A stretch of 64,000 nt of DNA from Mobula hypostoma (taxonomy: Eukaryota): NCBI RefSeq assembly GCF_963921235.1, contig NC_086102.1, positions 88,226,001-88,290,000 on the forward strand. Reading direction: 5' to 3'. The notes below the pieces were generated by a model. It did not search any database and was not told the DNA's origin. It saw nothing but the letters and a program-made list of their open reading frames with translations. A program made the translations under genes and the position numbers. Positions 63,835-64,000 of the stretch are shown here, piece after piece (positions within the stretch are counted from its first letter, which is position 1; the number at the start of each line of letters is the position of its first letter).

Positions 63835-64000
63835 AATGAGGAAGATGGACAGTGGTGTAGAATGGGGAAGGTGGACAGTGGGGCAGAATGAGGATACTGG
63901 ACAGTGGGGTAGACTGAGGAAGATGGACAGTGGGGTAGAATGAGGAAGATGGATAGTGGGGTAGAATGAGGAAGATGGACAGTGGGGTAGACTGAGGAAG
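63835..64000. repeat. 26-bp satellite resumes and runs off the window end
   Basis: Same unit as 55976-60545. Confidence 0.97.

Overview
Vertebrate genomic DNA, most likely a cartilaginous fish (shark/ray), inferred from HE1/V-SINE-like and CR1 repeats. One host gene is supported: the short isoform of TSC22D1 on the + strand (coding exons 4534-4658, 5295-5346, 8648-8896; 141 aa; polyA signal 10293). It has a CpG-rich promoter and a second CpG-island/promoter-like module in intron 2 that appears to face antisense. The remaining ~53 kb is intergenic and transposon-dense: CR1, Rex1/Babar, RTE (including a BovB-like fragment), Penelope-like, L1-clade, SINEs, a solo LTR and five tandem arrays. The most notable feature is a fully bounded Mag-type Gypsy element (30772-33415, - strand; 200-bp LTRs, CCATT TSD, tRNA-Leu PBS, PPT). 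Its RT/RNaseH/integrase core is replaced by the apparently spliced C-terminal coding region of SH3KBP1 (CIN85), fused in frame to gag-protease. Also notable are bipartite RTE-derived elements with an HDV-like ribozyme fold, a hammerhead core in a Penelope-like element, two long hairpins and a young tRNA-SINE. All homology calls are by eye and from recall, not database searches; TE boundaries are approximate unless a TSD is quoted.
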